From Candidatus Limivicinus sp. (GTDB lineage: Bacteria; Bacillota; Clostridia; Oscillospirales; Oscillospiraceae), in the NCBI GenBank assembly GCA_051866735.1, contig JBJDXP010000014.1, forward strand, positions 9,374 through 73,373: a stretch of 64,000 bases of DNA, given 5' to 3'. The notes under the pieces were generated by a model, which saw only the letters and a program-made list of their open reading frames with translations, made no database searches and was not told the DNA's origin. This document shows positions 36,191 through 44,937 of the stretch, piece by piece (positions within the stretch are counted from its first letter, which is position 1; each line of letters opens with the position of its first letter). A program made the position numbers and the translations under genes.

Positions 36191-37729
36191 ATGGAGCAAA
36201 AGAAAAGCCAGCTTAAAACTGGCATTGTACTAAACTATGTAAATATAATACTTGGAAACCTGATCCCGGTTTTTTATACCCCCATCATGCTGTCACTTTT
36301 GGGGCAGAAAGAGTATGGACTGTACAAGCTGTCCAGCAGCGTGACAAGCTACCTTTCTCTCATCTCCCTGGGGATTGGTTCCGCCGTTGTGCGCTATCTG
36401 ATCAAAGCAAGGGAAGAAGAAGGGAAAGAGGCCGAAGAGCGGGTCTTGGGCCTGTTCATGGTCATATTCCAGATCATTGCCGCCGCTGCGCTTTTGATCG
36501 GGACAATTTTAGCCTTTAATTTAGAGCTTTTTTACGGGAAATCATTATCCGCCGCGGAGCTTTCCCGGATGAAAGTTCTGGTCCTTATCATGGTCTGCAA
36601 TACGGCCCTGAGTTTTTCTCAGACGCCTTATACTTCTGTGGTCAGCGCTCACGAGAAGTTTATTTTCCTGCAATGTGCGAATATCTTAACCACCTGCGTG
36701 GGGCCCATTGTTAACCTGATCGCGTTATTCTTGGGATATGCCTCCATTGGCATGGCAGTTTCCTCGTTGCTGATTGGGCTGATTTGCCGGCTCGCGTATT
36801 ATGCTTATGTTAAAAAACATATGCATATTCGAGCCAACTATGGCAATCTGCCTACCCATCTTCTCAAAGAGATTTTGTCATTCTCTCTCTGGATTTTTAT
36901 TTCCAACGTGGTCGCTCAGTTATATAATGCGACAGACACGGTAATGATTGGTATGGTACCCTCGCTCGCCACAACTGGTGTGGCAGTATACAACATAGGG
37001 GGAATCTTTAATAATATTATATCAAGTTTGACCACAGGCATCTCGAGTTTGCTTACCCCGAAAGCAAATCGTATGGTTTTTCAAAAAGCGACAAATTCTG
37101 AACTGACAGACTTGACCGTTCGTGTGGGAAGAATTCAGGCTTTAATTATGGCTTTGGTTGTATCCGGCTTTATTGCTTTCGGAAAGCCATTCATCTTCTT
37201 TTATGCGGGAGAAGAATATTTAGACTCCTATTGGGTAGCCGTGCTGGTGATGCTTCCAAACATGATTCCCCTTGTACAGAGTATGTGTTTAAGTATTCTG
37301 GTTGCCCAGAATAAACACCGGTTTCGTTCGATTGTCTATTTAGGAATGGCTATTTTAAATGTAATCGGGACTTGGATACTAATGAAGTATATGGGTGTTA
37401 TCGGTGCTGCTCTGATGTCCGGTATTGCACTGATTATTGGCAATGGATTTATTATGAACTGGTATTATCAAAATAGAACCGGGCTTGATATGATACGATT
37501 TTGGAAAGAGATCGGAAAGATTCTGATGGTACCGACAGTCATGTGTATATTAACTTTAGTTCTTTCAAAGTATATTGATTTCTGCAGGATCTCCACTTTG
37601 GCGCTTGGAATAGTCTTGTACTCACTTATATATTGTACTATAAATTGGCTTTTTATTTTGAATGACTACGAGAAAAATCTTATAAAAGGACCGGCTCAAT
37701 CAGTAATAAACAAAGTCAAAAGAAAATGA
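36191..37729 (+). CDS. wzx: Wzx-type oligosaccharide flippase (MOP superfamily)
   Basis: 512 aa with about 14 TM segments. The N-terminus LKTGIVLNYVNIILGNLIPVFYTPIMLSLLGQKEYGLY is typical of polysaccharide biosynthesis (Wzx) proteins. Confidence 0.85.
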   Translation: MEQKKSQLKTGIVLNYVNIILGNLIPVFYTPIMLSLLGQKEYGLYKLSSSVTSYLSLISLGIGSAVVRYLIKAREEEGKEAEERVLGLFMVIFQIIAAAALLIGTILAFNLELFYGKSLSAAELSRMKVLVLIMVCNTALSFSQTPYTSVVSAHEKFIFLQCANILTTCVGPIVNLIALFLGYASIGMAVSSLLIGLICRLAYYAYVKKHMHIRANYGNLPTHLLKEILSFSLWIFISNVVAQLYNATDTVMIGMVPSLATTGVAVYNIGGIFNNIISSLTTGISSLLTPKANRMVFQKATNSELTDLTVRVGRIQALIMALVVSGFIAFGKPFIFFYAGEEYLDSYWVAVLVMLPNMIPLVQSMCLSILVAQNKHRFRSIVYLGMAILNVIGTWILMKYMGVIGAALMSGIALIIGNGFIMNWYYQNRTGLDMIRFWKEIGKILMVPTVMCILTLVLSKYIDFCRISTLALGIVLYSLIYCTINWLFILNDYEKNLIKGPAQSVINKVKRK

Positions 37730-37757
37730 AATCCAAATTGTTGGGGAGAATCTGGAT

Positions 37758-38537
37758 ATGAGTATTCCAAAAAAGATTCACTATTGTTGGTTTGGCGGAA
37801 ATAAAAAGCCGCCTATCGTCAAAAAGTGTATTAGAAGCTGGAAAAAATATTGCCCAGACTATGAAATCATCGAATGGAACGAAAGCAACTTTGATGTCCA
37901 TTGCATTCCTTTTTGTGAGCAAGCATATAACGCAAAAAAATGGGCCTTTGTATCCGATTATGCCCGGCTGAAAGTTCTTTATGATCATGGCGGCATCTAT
38001 ATGGATACCGATGTAGAGCTTGTGCGCCCAATTGATGACCTTTTAGACCTTGACTGCTTTATTGGGTTTCAGCATGAGCATTATGTCAGTAACGGTTTAA
38101 TTCTTGGCGCTATCTCCGGAAATGATTTTGTTCATGAAAACGCCGCGATATATGAAAATATGTCTTTTGTAGCCCAGGGAGATAGCACAAAACTTGTGGT
38201 TTGCCAGGAGTATACAACAGAGATTCTCAAAGGATATGGTCTGGCCGTGCCTGATACGGGGCATATCCAAGTTGTGAACGGTGTACATGTGTTTCCTTCT
38301 GATTATTTTTGCCCATATGACCATCGAACATATCAAATGACCCGAACTGAGCATACATATGCAATTCATCATTTTGCCTCGTCATGGTGGGATGATGCAC
38401 GGAAAAAACAATACATACGCATTAAGCGAAATCAAAAAGTGGATTATTTTTTACATACCCCCAACAGATTGTTGATTCATCTACTCGGCGAAAAAAGATA
38501 TTCCGTAATAAAAAAAGCACTTAAGCGTGCGAAATAA
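37758..38537 (+). CDS. GT32-type glycosyltransferase, copy 2
   Basis: SIPKKIHYCWFGGNKKP...SWKKYCPDYEIIEWNE...KKWAFVSDYARL...GGIYMDTDVEL. The N-terminal half is roughly half identical to the ORF at 29019. Confidence 0.85.
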   Translation: MSIPKKIHYCWFGGNKKPPIVKKCIRSWKKYCPDYEIIEWNESNFDVHCIPFCEQAYNAKKWAFVSDYARLKVLYDHGGIYMDTDVELVRPIDDLLDLDCFIGFQHEHYVSNGLILGAISGNDFVHENAAIYENMSFVAQGDSTKLVVCQEYTTEILKGYGLAVPDTGHIQVVNGVHVFPSDYFCPYDHRTYQMTRTEHTYAIHHFASSWWDDARKKQYIRIKRNQKVDYFLHTPNRLLIHLLGEKRYSVIKKALKRAK

Positions 38538-38560
38538 GAACAAAATATGGAGGCAGCACA

Positions 38561-39295
38561 ATGAAAATCATTGGTATGATCCCCGCCCGGGGCGGTTCTT
38601 CTCGGTTCAATATGAAGCCTTTGGCCCAAATCTGCGGCAAGCCCATGCTGTACTGGGTCTGGAAGCACTCCAAGGAAGTGGAATGCTTTGAGGAAGTCTA
38701 CGTTGCCACGGATAATGAGGAAATCAAGGCTGTGGCGGAAGGCTTTGGTGCAAAGGTTATCATGACCTCGCCTGACTGTGAGACTGCCACGGAGCGTTTG
38801 TACGAGGTTTCCCATAAGGTGGAGGCGGATCTCTACGTCATGGTCAACGGCGACGAGCCGCTGGTACAGGCCGCAGATATCGTCAAGTGCATCCCGGAGA
38901 CCATCCCGGAGGACGGCTTCTATGTCTCCAACCTGATGACCGACTTTTCCAACCCCGTGGAGGTCGTCGATCCCACCAACCTGAAAATCGTCACCAATAA
39001 GGACGGTATCTGTCTGTTTATCTCCCGTGCTCCCATCCCCTTCCCCAAGGGCGAGATGAATTACGCCTATCAAAAGTTCGTCGGCGTCGGCGCCTTTACC
39101 CACCGTGCGTTGGAGTATTATCACGCTACGCCCCGGGGCCCGGTGGAGAAAATCGAGGAAAATGACTCCTTCCGTTTCATTGAAAACCGCAAGGACTGCT
39201 ACTATATCAACGCTCATTGCAAGACCCTTTCCGTGGACACGCCGAAAGATCGCGTTCAGGTGGAGCGGTACATGATGGAAAACGGATTGGCATAA
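38561..39295 (+). CDS. kdsB: 3-deoxy-manno-octulosonate cytidylyltransferase (CMP-Kdo synthetase)
   Basis: [30 protein letters not shown]...[10 protein letters not shown]...VNGDEPLV are KdsB signature segments. Confidence 0.9.
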   Translation: MKIIGMIPARGGSSRFNMKPLAQICGKPMLYWVWKHSKEVECFEEVYVATDNEEIKAVAEGFGAKVIMTSPDCETATERLYEVSHKVEADLYVMVNGDEPLVQAADIVKCIPETIPEDGFYVSNLMTDFSNPVEVVDPTNLKIVTNKDGICLFISRAPIPFPKGEMNYAYQKFVGVGAFTHRALEYYHATPRGPVEKIEENDSFRFIENRKDCYYINAHCKTLSVDTPKDRVQVERYMMENGLA

Positions 39296-39312
39296 GTCGG
39301 GAGGATGCGTCT

Positions 39313-40092
39313 ATGTTTCAACTGATTGCCGGACCCTGTGTTATTGAATCGGAGGAAATGGTTCTGTCCATTGCCGGGCAGATGAAAGAGATCACGGAAC
39401 GGCTTGGAATTCACTATACGTTCAAGGCATCCTTTGACAAGGCCAACCGGACCTCGCTCCATAGCTTCCGCGGCCCCGGTCTGGAAGAAGGACTGCGAAT
39501 CCTGAAGAAGGTCAAAGACGTCTATGGGCTTCCGGTCTGCACCGATATTCATGAAGCCTGGCAGGCTGCCCCTGCGGCCGAGGTGGCTGATATTTTGCAG
39601 ATTCCGGCATTTCTTTGCAGGCAGACCGATCTGCTGGTTGCCGCTGCAAAGACGGGCCGTTGTGTGAATATCAAGAAGGCCCAGTTCCTGGCCCCCTGGG
39701 ACATGAAGAATTGCGTGGAGAAGGTTCGTCAATCCGGCAATGATAACGTAATGCTTTGCGAACGCGGCACCAGCTTTGGGTATAACACGTTGGTTGTTGA
39801 TATGACAGGTCTGCGCGTGATGAAAGAATTTGGCGTCCCGGTCATTTTTGACGCCACGCACAGCGTCCAGAAACCCGGCGGCAACGGTACCAGCACTGGC
39901 GGCAACCGGGAATATGTGGAGTATCTGGCCAAGGCGGCCATCGCAGTGGGCGTGGACGGGCTGTTCATGGAGACCCATCCCGATCCTGATTCCGCAAAAT
40001 CAGACGGACCAAATATGGTACCGCTACATGAGATGGAAGCATTGCTCAAAAAGCTAATCCGGGTTTATGATGCCGTACATACGGAGGCTTAA
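39313..40092 (+). CDS. kdsA: 2-dehydro-3-deoxyphosphooctonate aldolase (Kdo8P synthase)
   Basis: [12 protein letters not shown]...[20 protein letters not shown]...[16 protein letters not shown]...FDATHSVQ. The start was moved to the ATG at 39313, after GGGAGGA. Confidence 0.92.
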   Translation: MFQLIAGPCVIESEEMVLSIAGQMKEITERLGIHYTFKASFDKANRTSLHSFRGPGLEEGLRILKKVKDVYGLPVCTDIHEAWQAAPAAEVADILQIPAFLCRQTDLLVAAAKTGRCVNIKKAQFLAPWDMKNCVEKVRQSGNDNVMLCERGTSFGYNTLVVDMTGLRVMKEFGVPVIFDATHSVQKPGGNGTSTGGNREYVEYLAKAAIAVGVDGLFMETHPDPDSAKSDGPNMVPLHEMEALLKKLIRVYDAVHTEA

Positions 40093-40093
40093 A

Positions 40094-41059
40094 ATGGACA
40101 TTGTCAAAGAAGCACAATGGGTCTTTAATACAGAAATTGCTGCATTGGAGACTACAAGAGACAGCCTTGGGCGCGATTTTGAAACCATTGTCCAGTTGAT
40201 CCTGCAATGTCAAGGTAAGGTCGTCATCTCCGGCATGGGAAAACCGGGGCATATCGGGACCAAAATCGCCGCCACACTTGCCAGTCTTGGCACGCCCTCT
40301 TTCTTTATGCACCCAGCTGAAGCCATGCACGGCGATCTGGGTATGGTCTCCGAAAAAGATGTGGTCATCCTCACAAGTTACAGCGGCGAAAGCGACGAAG
40401 TCGTGCGGCTGCTGCCAACACTTCATGAAATCGGCTGTGTAACCGTCGCTATTACAGGCAATCAGAAATCCACTCTTGCCAAAGGCTCACAGTATCATTT
40501 TTATTTTCCCCCGTTCGAGGAAGCCTGTTACATGCACTTGGCCCCAACTTCCAGCACAACAGCCCTGCTTGTTTTGGGCGACGCTCTGGCAGTGGTCGCA
40601 TCCAAACTTCAAAATTACACGAAAGAGGACTATGCCCTCCACCACCCGGCCGGCGCGCTGGGGAAAAAGCTCCTTGTGAAAGTGGAGAACATCATGCACA
40701 CAGGCAATGAGAACGCAGTTATTTTGGAAGGAAGCACCTTGCGAAGCGCCATCGTGGAAATGAGCAGCAAAGGGCTGAGCATGGTTACAATCGTGGATCG
40801 GGAGCAAAAGCTGAAAGGGATTATTACAGACGGCGACCTGCGCCGTATGCTGGAGCGCGGCGTGGACGTCTACAATGAAATTGTGGACAATGTTATGACC
40901 AAATCTCCCAAATGGATCGACCAGAGAGATATGGCCGTGAATGCTTTGCAGAAAATGAGCGATCTGCGCATTACAGGTATGCCCGTGCTGGACGATTCCC
41001 TATGCGTAGTCGGTTCAGTTCTCATGCAGGACATTTATAAAGCGGGGATCGTGGGATGA
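40094..41059 (+). CDS. kdsD: Arabinose-5-phosphate isomerase (KdsD/KpsF; SIS + tandem CBS)
   Basis: The SIS domain reads GKVVISGMGKPGHIGTKIAATLASLGTPSFFMHPAEAMHGDLGM. A C-terminal CBS pair follows. Confidence 0.9.
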   Translation: MDIVKEAQWVFNTEIAALETTRDSLGRDFETIVQLILQCQGKVVISGMGKPGHIGTKIAATLASLGTPSFFMHPAEAMHGDLGMVSEKDVVILTSYSGESDEVVRLLPTLHEIGCVTVAITGNQKSTLAKGSQYHFYFPPFEEACYMHLAPTSSTTALLVLGDALAVVASKLQNYTKEDYALHHPAGALGKKLLVKVENIMHTGNENAVILEGSTLRSAIVEMSSKGLSMVTIVDREQKLKGIITDGDLRRMLERGVDVYNEIVDNVMTKSPKWIDQRDMAVNALQKMSDLRITGMPVLDDSLCVVGSVLMQDIYKAGIVG

Positions 41060-41523
41060 GCATCAAACTTTTGGTCATGGACGTAGACGGCACGCTGACC
41101 GACGGTCGTATTTTCATCGGTGCACAGGGCGAAGTGATGAAAGCCTTTGATGTGCGGGACGGGTATGCTATTGCCCACATTCTTCCTCAATTGGGGATCA
41201 CCCCTGTCATTATCACCGGGAGAACGTCTGCCATTGTGGAGCAGCGCGCAAAGGAGCTGAAAATCACGGAGCTCTATCAGGGGGTTGCGGACAAGCTGAC
41301 AAAGCTGAAGGAAGTGGCCAAAAAGTTTGGCGCATCCGCTGATGAAGTCGCGTATATCGGCGATGATCTGAACGACTTGGACTGTATCCGATACTGCGGA
41401 ACGACGGCTTGCCCGGCGGATTCGGCTCCGGAAGTGCTTAATGCCGTAGATTATGTTTGTAAGCACGACGGCGGCCGCGGCGCAGTAAGAGAATTTATTG
41501 AGCAATTAAAAAAAGAAAGCTAA
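41056..41523 (+). CDS. kdsC: Kdo8P phosphatase (HAD superfamily)
   Basis: LLVMDVDGTLTDGRI...FDVRDGYAI...GDDLNDL... are HAD motifs I-III, and the size (155 aa) is typical of KdsC. The start overlaps the kdsD stop as ATGA. Confidence 0.88.
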   Translation: MSIKLLVMDVDGTLTDGRIFIGAQGEVMKAFDVRDGYAIAHILPQLGITPVIITGRTSAIVEQRAKELKITELYQGVADKLTKLKEVAKKFGASADEVAYIGDDLNDLDCIRYCGTTACPADSAPEVLNAVDYVCKHDGGRGAVREFIEQLKKES

Positions 41524-41545
41524 ACGCGTTCTATTTGCACACAAT

Positions 41546-41578
41546 CCAGCCGGAATTTTTTCTGGCTGGTTGCTTTTA
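41546..41578 (+). terminator. Intrinsic terminator after kdsC
   Basis: ccagccgga-attttt-tctggctgg (one G-T pair) is followed by ttgctttt. Confidence 0.6.
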
Positions 41579-41624
41579 AGCGTTCTGTTTCCAGAACAAA
41601 CCATGTCTAATTATTCGCAAAACA

Positions 41625-41653
41625 TTGATTTTATGCAAGAAACATGGTAAAAT
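41625..41653 (+). promoter_or_regulatory. Separate promoter for the initiating transferase module
   Basis: TTGATT (41625-41630), a 17-nt spacer, then TGgTAAAAT (41645-41653). Confidence 0.55.
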
Positions 41654-41727
41654 TTTACGCTGGTTGCTGCGTGCTTCACCATGAGGATATACATAGCAGA
41701 AAACTTCTGTTATGGAGGAATACAACT

Positions 41728-42351
41728 ATGTACCAAAGAACCATCAAAAGATTTATTGATATTGTGCTGTCTCTTGTGGGGCTTATTGTTCTGGCGATAC
41801 CCATGCTGGTATTCGCGCTGATTGTGAAGCTGGACTCCCCCGGGCCGGTTCTGTTCTGGCAGAAGCGGGTCGGCATCCACAAGGAGACCTTTATGATGCC
41901 CAAGTTCAGGACCATGTACACCGACACGCCGGCCAACATGCCCACCCATCTCCTCTCTGACCCGCAGAGATGGATCACCCGCTCCGGCGCCTGGTTCCGG
42001 AAGCTGTCCATTGATGAGCTGCCGCAGATCCTCTGCATTTTCACCGGCAAGATGAGCATTATCGGCCCCCGGCCCGCCCTGTGGAACCAGGACGACCTGA
42101 TCGAGGAACGGGACAAGTACGGCGCAAACGACGTGCGCCCCGGTCTGACCGGCTGGGCCCAGATCAACGGGCGGGACGAGCTGGAGATCCCGGTAAAGGC
42201 CCGGCTGGACGGCGAATATGTTCAGAACATCAGCTTTCTTTTCGACTGCCGCTGCTTCTTCGGCACTATCTTCAAGGTCCTGCGGCACGACGGCGTGGTC
42301 GAGGGCGGCACCGGCACGCTCCACGAGGAAAAGGAGCCTGCGCTGAAATGA
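41728..42351 (+). CDS. Monotopic polyprenyl-phosphate sugar-phosphate transferase (bacterial sugar transferase, PglC/EpsL type)
   Basis: IKRFIDIVLSLVGLIVLAIPMLVFALIVKLDSPGPVLFWQKRVG...PKFRTM...DELPQ...IGPRP. The start was moved to the ATG at 41728, after GGAGGA. Confidence 0.9.
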   Translation: MYQRTIKRFIDIVLSLVGLIVLAIPMLVFALIVKLDSPGPVLFWQKRVGIHKETFMMPKFRTMYTDTPANMPTHLLSDPQRWITRSGAWFRKLSIDELPQILCIFTGKMSIIGPRPALWNQDDLIEERDKYGANDVRPGLTGWAQINGRDELEIPVKARLDGEYVQNISFLFDCRCFFGTIFKVLRHDGVVEGGTGTLHEEKEPALK

Positions 42352-43430
42352 GCAAGATCCTGATCCTGACCAACCACTCCTACATGCTCTACCGCTTCCG
42401 GCTGGAGCTGATACAGGAGCTGATGAAAAGCCACGAAGTTGTGCTCAGTATGCCTTTTGTGGGGCATGAGGAGGATTTCCAGGCCCTGGGGCTCCGCTGC
42501 ATTGAGACAGACGTAGACCGCCGGGGCATCGATCCGGCCACGGACCTGAAGCTGTTTCGAACCTATCAAAGGCTGCTGAAAGACGAAAAGCCGGACCTGG
42601 TGATCACCTACTCCATCAAGCCGAATATTTACGGCGGTCTGGCCTGCCGAATGGCAGGCATCCCGTATTGCGCCAATGTGCAGGGTCTGGGGACCGCGTT
42701 CCAGCGGAAGGGCCTTGCCCAGTTCGTGACTGTCCTGTATAAGTTAGCTTTGGGAAAGGCAAAGACGGTATTTTTCGAGAACAGGGCAAACGCGGAAGAA
42801 TTTTGCCGCCGGGGAATCCTTTCCGCCGAAAAAGAGACTGTCCTTTCCGGCGCCGGGATCAATCTGGAGCGCTACCCCTATGTCCCTTATCCGGAAAACG
42901 AAGCGGTACGCTTTTTGTATCTGGGCCGGATCATGAGGGAAAAAGGCATGGACGAGCTGTTTGCAGCCATGCGAAAGCTCCGGGAGAAGTTCGGTGCGGG
43001 CGTGATCCTCGATATCGTCGGTTTTTACGATGACGAGGGCTATAAGGCCCAGGTGGAAGAGCTGGCGGCTGAGGGGATCGCCGTGTATCACGGCTTTCAG
43101 AGCGATCCCGCGCCCTATTACGCCGCCGCAGACTGCGTGGTGCTGCCCAGCTACCACGAGGGCATGAGCAATGTGCTACTGGAAGCCGCCGCCACCGGCA
43201 GGCCGGTGATCACCAGCGACATCCCCGGCTGCCGCGAGGCCGTGGAGAACGAAAAAACCGGCCTCCTCTGCAAAGCCGGTGACAGCGAAAGCCTGTACAC
43301 GCAGATGGCCCGGATGGCAGAGACCTCTTCCTCTGTCCGTCAGGCCATGGGGCAGGCCGCCCACGAAAAAATGCTGCGGGAGTTTGACAAGCGCCTGGTC
43401 GTGAAGAAAACAATGTCAGCACTGTTTTGA
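42348..43430 (+). CDS. GT4-family glycosyltransferase
   Basis: MSKILILTNHSYMLYRFRLELIQEL at the N-terminus, with C-terminal VLPSYHEGMSNVLLEAAATGRPVITSDIPGCREAV. The ATG overlaps the upstream stop as ATGA. The 449-aa ORF in the track is an upstream over-extension. Confidence 0.9.
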   Translation: MSKILILTNHSYMLYRFRLELIQELMKSHEVVLSMPFVGHEEDFQALGLRCIETDVDRRGIDPATDLKLFRTYQRLLKDEKPDLVITYSIKPNIYGGLACRMAGIPYCANVQGLGTAFQRKGLAQFVTVLYKLALGKAKTVFFENRANAEEFCRRGILSAEKETVLSGAGINLERYPYVPYPENEAVRFLYLGRIMREKGMDELFAAMRKLREKFGAGVILDIVGFYDDEGYKAQVEELAAEGIAVYHGFQSDPAPYYAAADCVVLPSYHEGMSNVLLEAAATGRPVITSDIPGCREAVENEKTGLLCKAGDSESLYTQMARMAETSSSVRQAMGQAAHEKMLREFDKRLVVKKTMSALF

Positions 43431-43441
43431 TAGGCTGAAAT

Positions 43442-43482
43442 AAAAAGTGCCGGCTGTTCTTATTGAACAGCCGGCACTTTTT
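43442..43482. terminator. Bidirectional intrinsic terminator
   Basis: aaaaagtgccggctgttc-ttattg-aacagccggcacttttt has a perfect 13-bp GC-rich stem with flanking A-run and T-run. Confidence 0.85.
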
Positions 43483-43491
43483 ATCTTATAT

Positions 43492-44142
43492 TCAGCCTTC
43501 GCTGAATATTTCCCTTATTTTTTGTGCAATCACTGTGCCCACTTGCCTGTGGGCTTCCGGGCTGAGATGCAGGCAATCCGCCGAAGACGGGCTGGCCACA
43601 GCGGATATATCTACAAACCATACCCCCAGCTTGTCAGCGATTTCTTTTGCCACAGTGCTGATTTTCACCGATTCCTGCGCGGCGTGGGCCAGCTGGTGCT
43701 CAGGACGTTTTACGGCAATTTCCGGCAGAATACAGGTCGGACCTACAATAAGGATCTTCTTCCTGCCTGCGAATACAGGGTGATCTGTTTTGAGGTTTTT
43801 ATCTGCATCCAGCACATACTCAACTATCCGCGTGAGACCCGCACGGAATCCCTCGGCGTCTGTAAATTTCAGGTCGTTGGTACCAAGATACAAAATCAGC
43901 AGATCAATGGGATAGTGCGCAAGAAGAGAATAGCCAAGATTATCTATCCCGCAGCGTTTGGGATGACATGGGTCTTCAAAAACGGTCGTGCGCCCGCTTA
44001 TGGAATCCTCGACGAAAATGTACTCATCGCCAAGCCTAGCGGATGCTACGCCAGGCCAGCGCACGGAGGCCGGATAGCGTGTTCCCTGCGCGGGAATGTA
44101 TCCCCACGAATTGGAATCGCCGAAAACCAAGATTTTTTTCAT
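43492..44142 (-). CDS. SGNH/GDSL hydrolase (arylesterase/acyltransferase-like), cytoplasmic
   Basis: KKILVFGDSNSWGY (block I Ser), GTND (block III) and a C-terminal D..H (ADCLHLS). There is no signal peptide. Confidence 0.85.
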   Translation of the reverse strand: MKKILVFGDSNSWGYIPAQGTRYPASVRWPGVASARLGDEYIFVEDSISGRTTVFEDPCHPKRCGIDNLGYSLLAHYPIDLLILYLGTNDLKFTDAEGFRAGLTRIVEYVLDADKNLKTDHPVFAGRKKILIVGPTCILPEIAVKRPEHQLAHAAQESVKISTVAKEIADKLGVWFVDISAVASPSSADCLHLSPEAHRQVGTVIAQKIREIFSEG

Positions 44143-44160
44143 CTGTCCTCAACTCTCTGC

Positions 44161-44922
44161 TCAAAGCAAATCTTTGATTAATTTCACCGTATCCGCATAG
44201 CCCAGATGTTCATGACTATCAAGTCTTTCCGGAGAAAAATCCATCGTTCCGGACCCGGGTCTCTCTTCCAGCGGCGTACTGGGGCGCAGCTCCAGGCAGG
44301 GCTTTCCCCCCTTGATCAGGGATTTGTCCACCTGGTTGTCCGGGTTCAGGTAAGCAATCAGAAAAACATCAACATCTGCGTCCGCTATCGGTTTGAGCGG
44401 GATTTTATCTGCCGGGGCCGCCCCGCTGCTGTCCGGCGGCACCACACCGCCGTCAGTATAGGGGACGCCGTCGATATATACCGGAAAAAAGGTCTGCGGA
44501 AGGGCGCCGCTGGCTGCGGCGATCGTGGCCGCTTCCTCGTCGCGCAGGCCCGACAGCTCAAAATACCTTGGGCTCAGCGTCTCCAGCGAGTAGGCGCAGG
44601 CCACCAGCCTGCGCTGACGCCAGTCGGCTCGGGCGTTGTTCAGCTCGTTGAGCAGTCCCTGGTACAGGCCATCTGTCCGGTATCGGTCCACGCAGGGCCC
44701 CATAAGGCGGCGGAAGCTGTGGATGAACCTGCGCATGGCCTCTGTGCCGCCGGCAGAATACAGCAGCTCATTGTATGCGCCGATGGAGCAGCCGGACATC
44801 ACGCTTATCCGTTCAGCAAGACCATACTCTTCCAAGGCACGGAACATACCGATGTGGTAAGCGCCTTTCGCGCCTCCCCCGGACAAAACCAGTCCAATTT
44901 TTTCGCAACTGTCTGTTGTCAT
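44161..44922 (-). CDS. Patatin-like phospholipase
   Basis: GLVLSGGGAKGAYHIG (oxyanion hole), GCSIGA (GXSXG nucleophile) and a downstream DGG motif (YTDGGV). Confidence 0.88.
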   Translation of the reverse strand: MTTDSCEKIGLVLSGGGAKGAYHIGMFRALEEYGLAERISVMSGCSIGAYNELLYSAGGTEAMRRFIHSFRRLMGPCVDRYRTDGLYQGLLNELNNARADWRQRRLVACAYSLETLSPRYFELSGLRDEEAATIAAASGALPQTFFPVYIDGVPYTDGGVVPPDSSGAAPADKIPLKPIADADVDVFLIAYLNPDNQVDKSLIKGGKPCLELRPSTPLEERPGSGTMDFSPERLDSHEHLGYADTVKLIKDLL

Positions 44923-44937
44923 TCTCCTGCCACCACT

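Noticed and set aside
38477-39978. Minus-strand ORFs of 246 and 240 aa opposite kdsB and kdsA
   Set aside because: They lie antisense to two strongly recognisable Kdo genes.
20780-41600. Calling the AT-rich block a mobile element or integrative island
   Set aside because: No integrase, recombinase, transposase, conjugation or phage gene is present, and I found no flanking direct repeats. Homologous replacement of a variable polysaccharide locus explains the data equally well, so it is reported as a compositional mosaic only.
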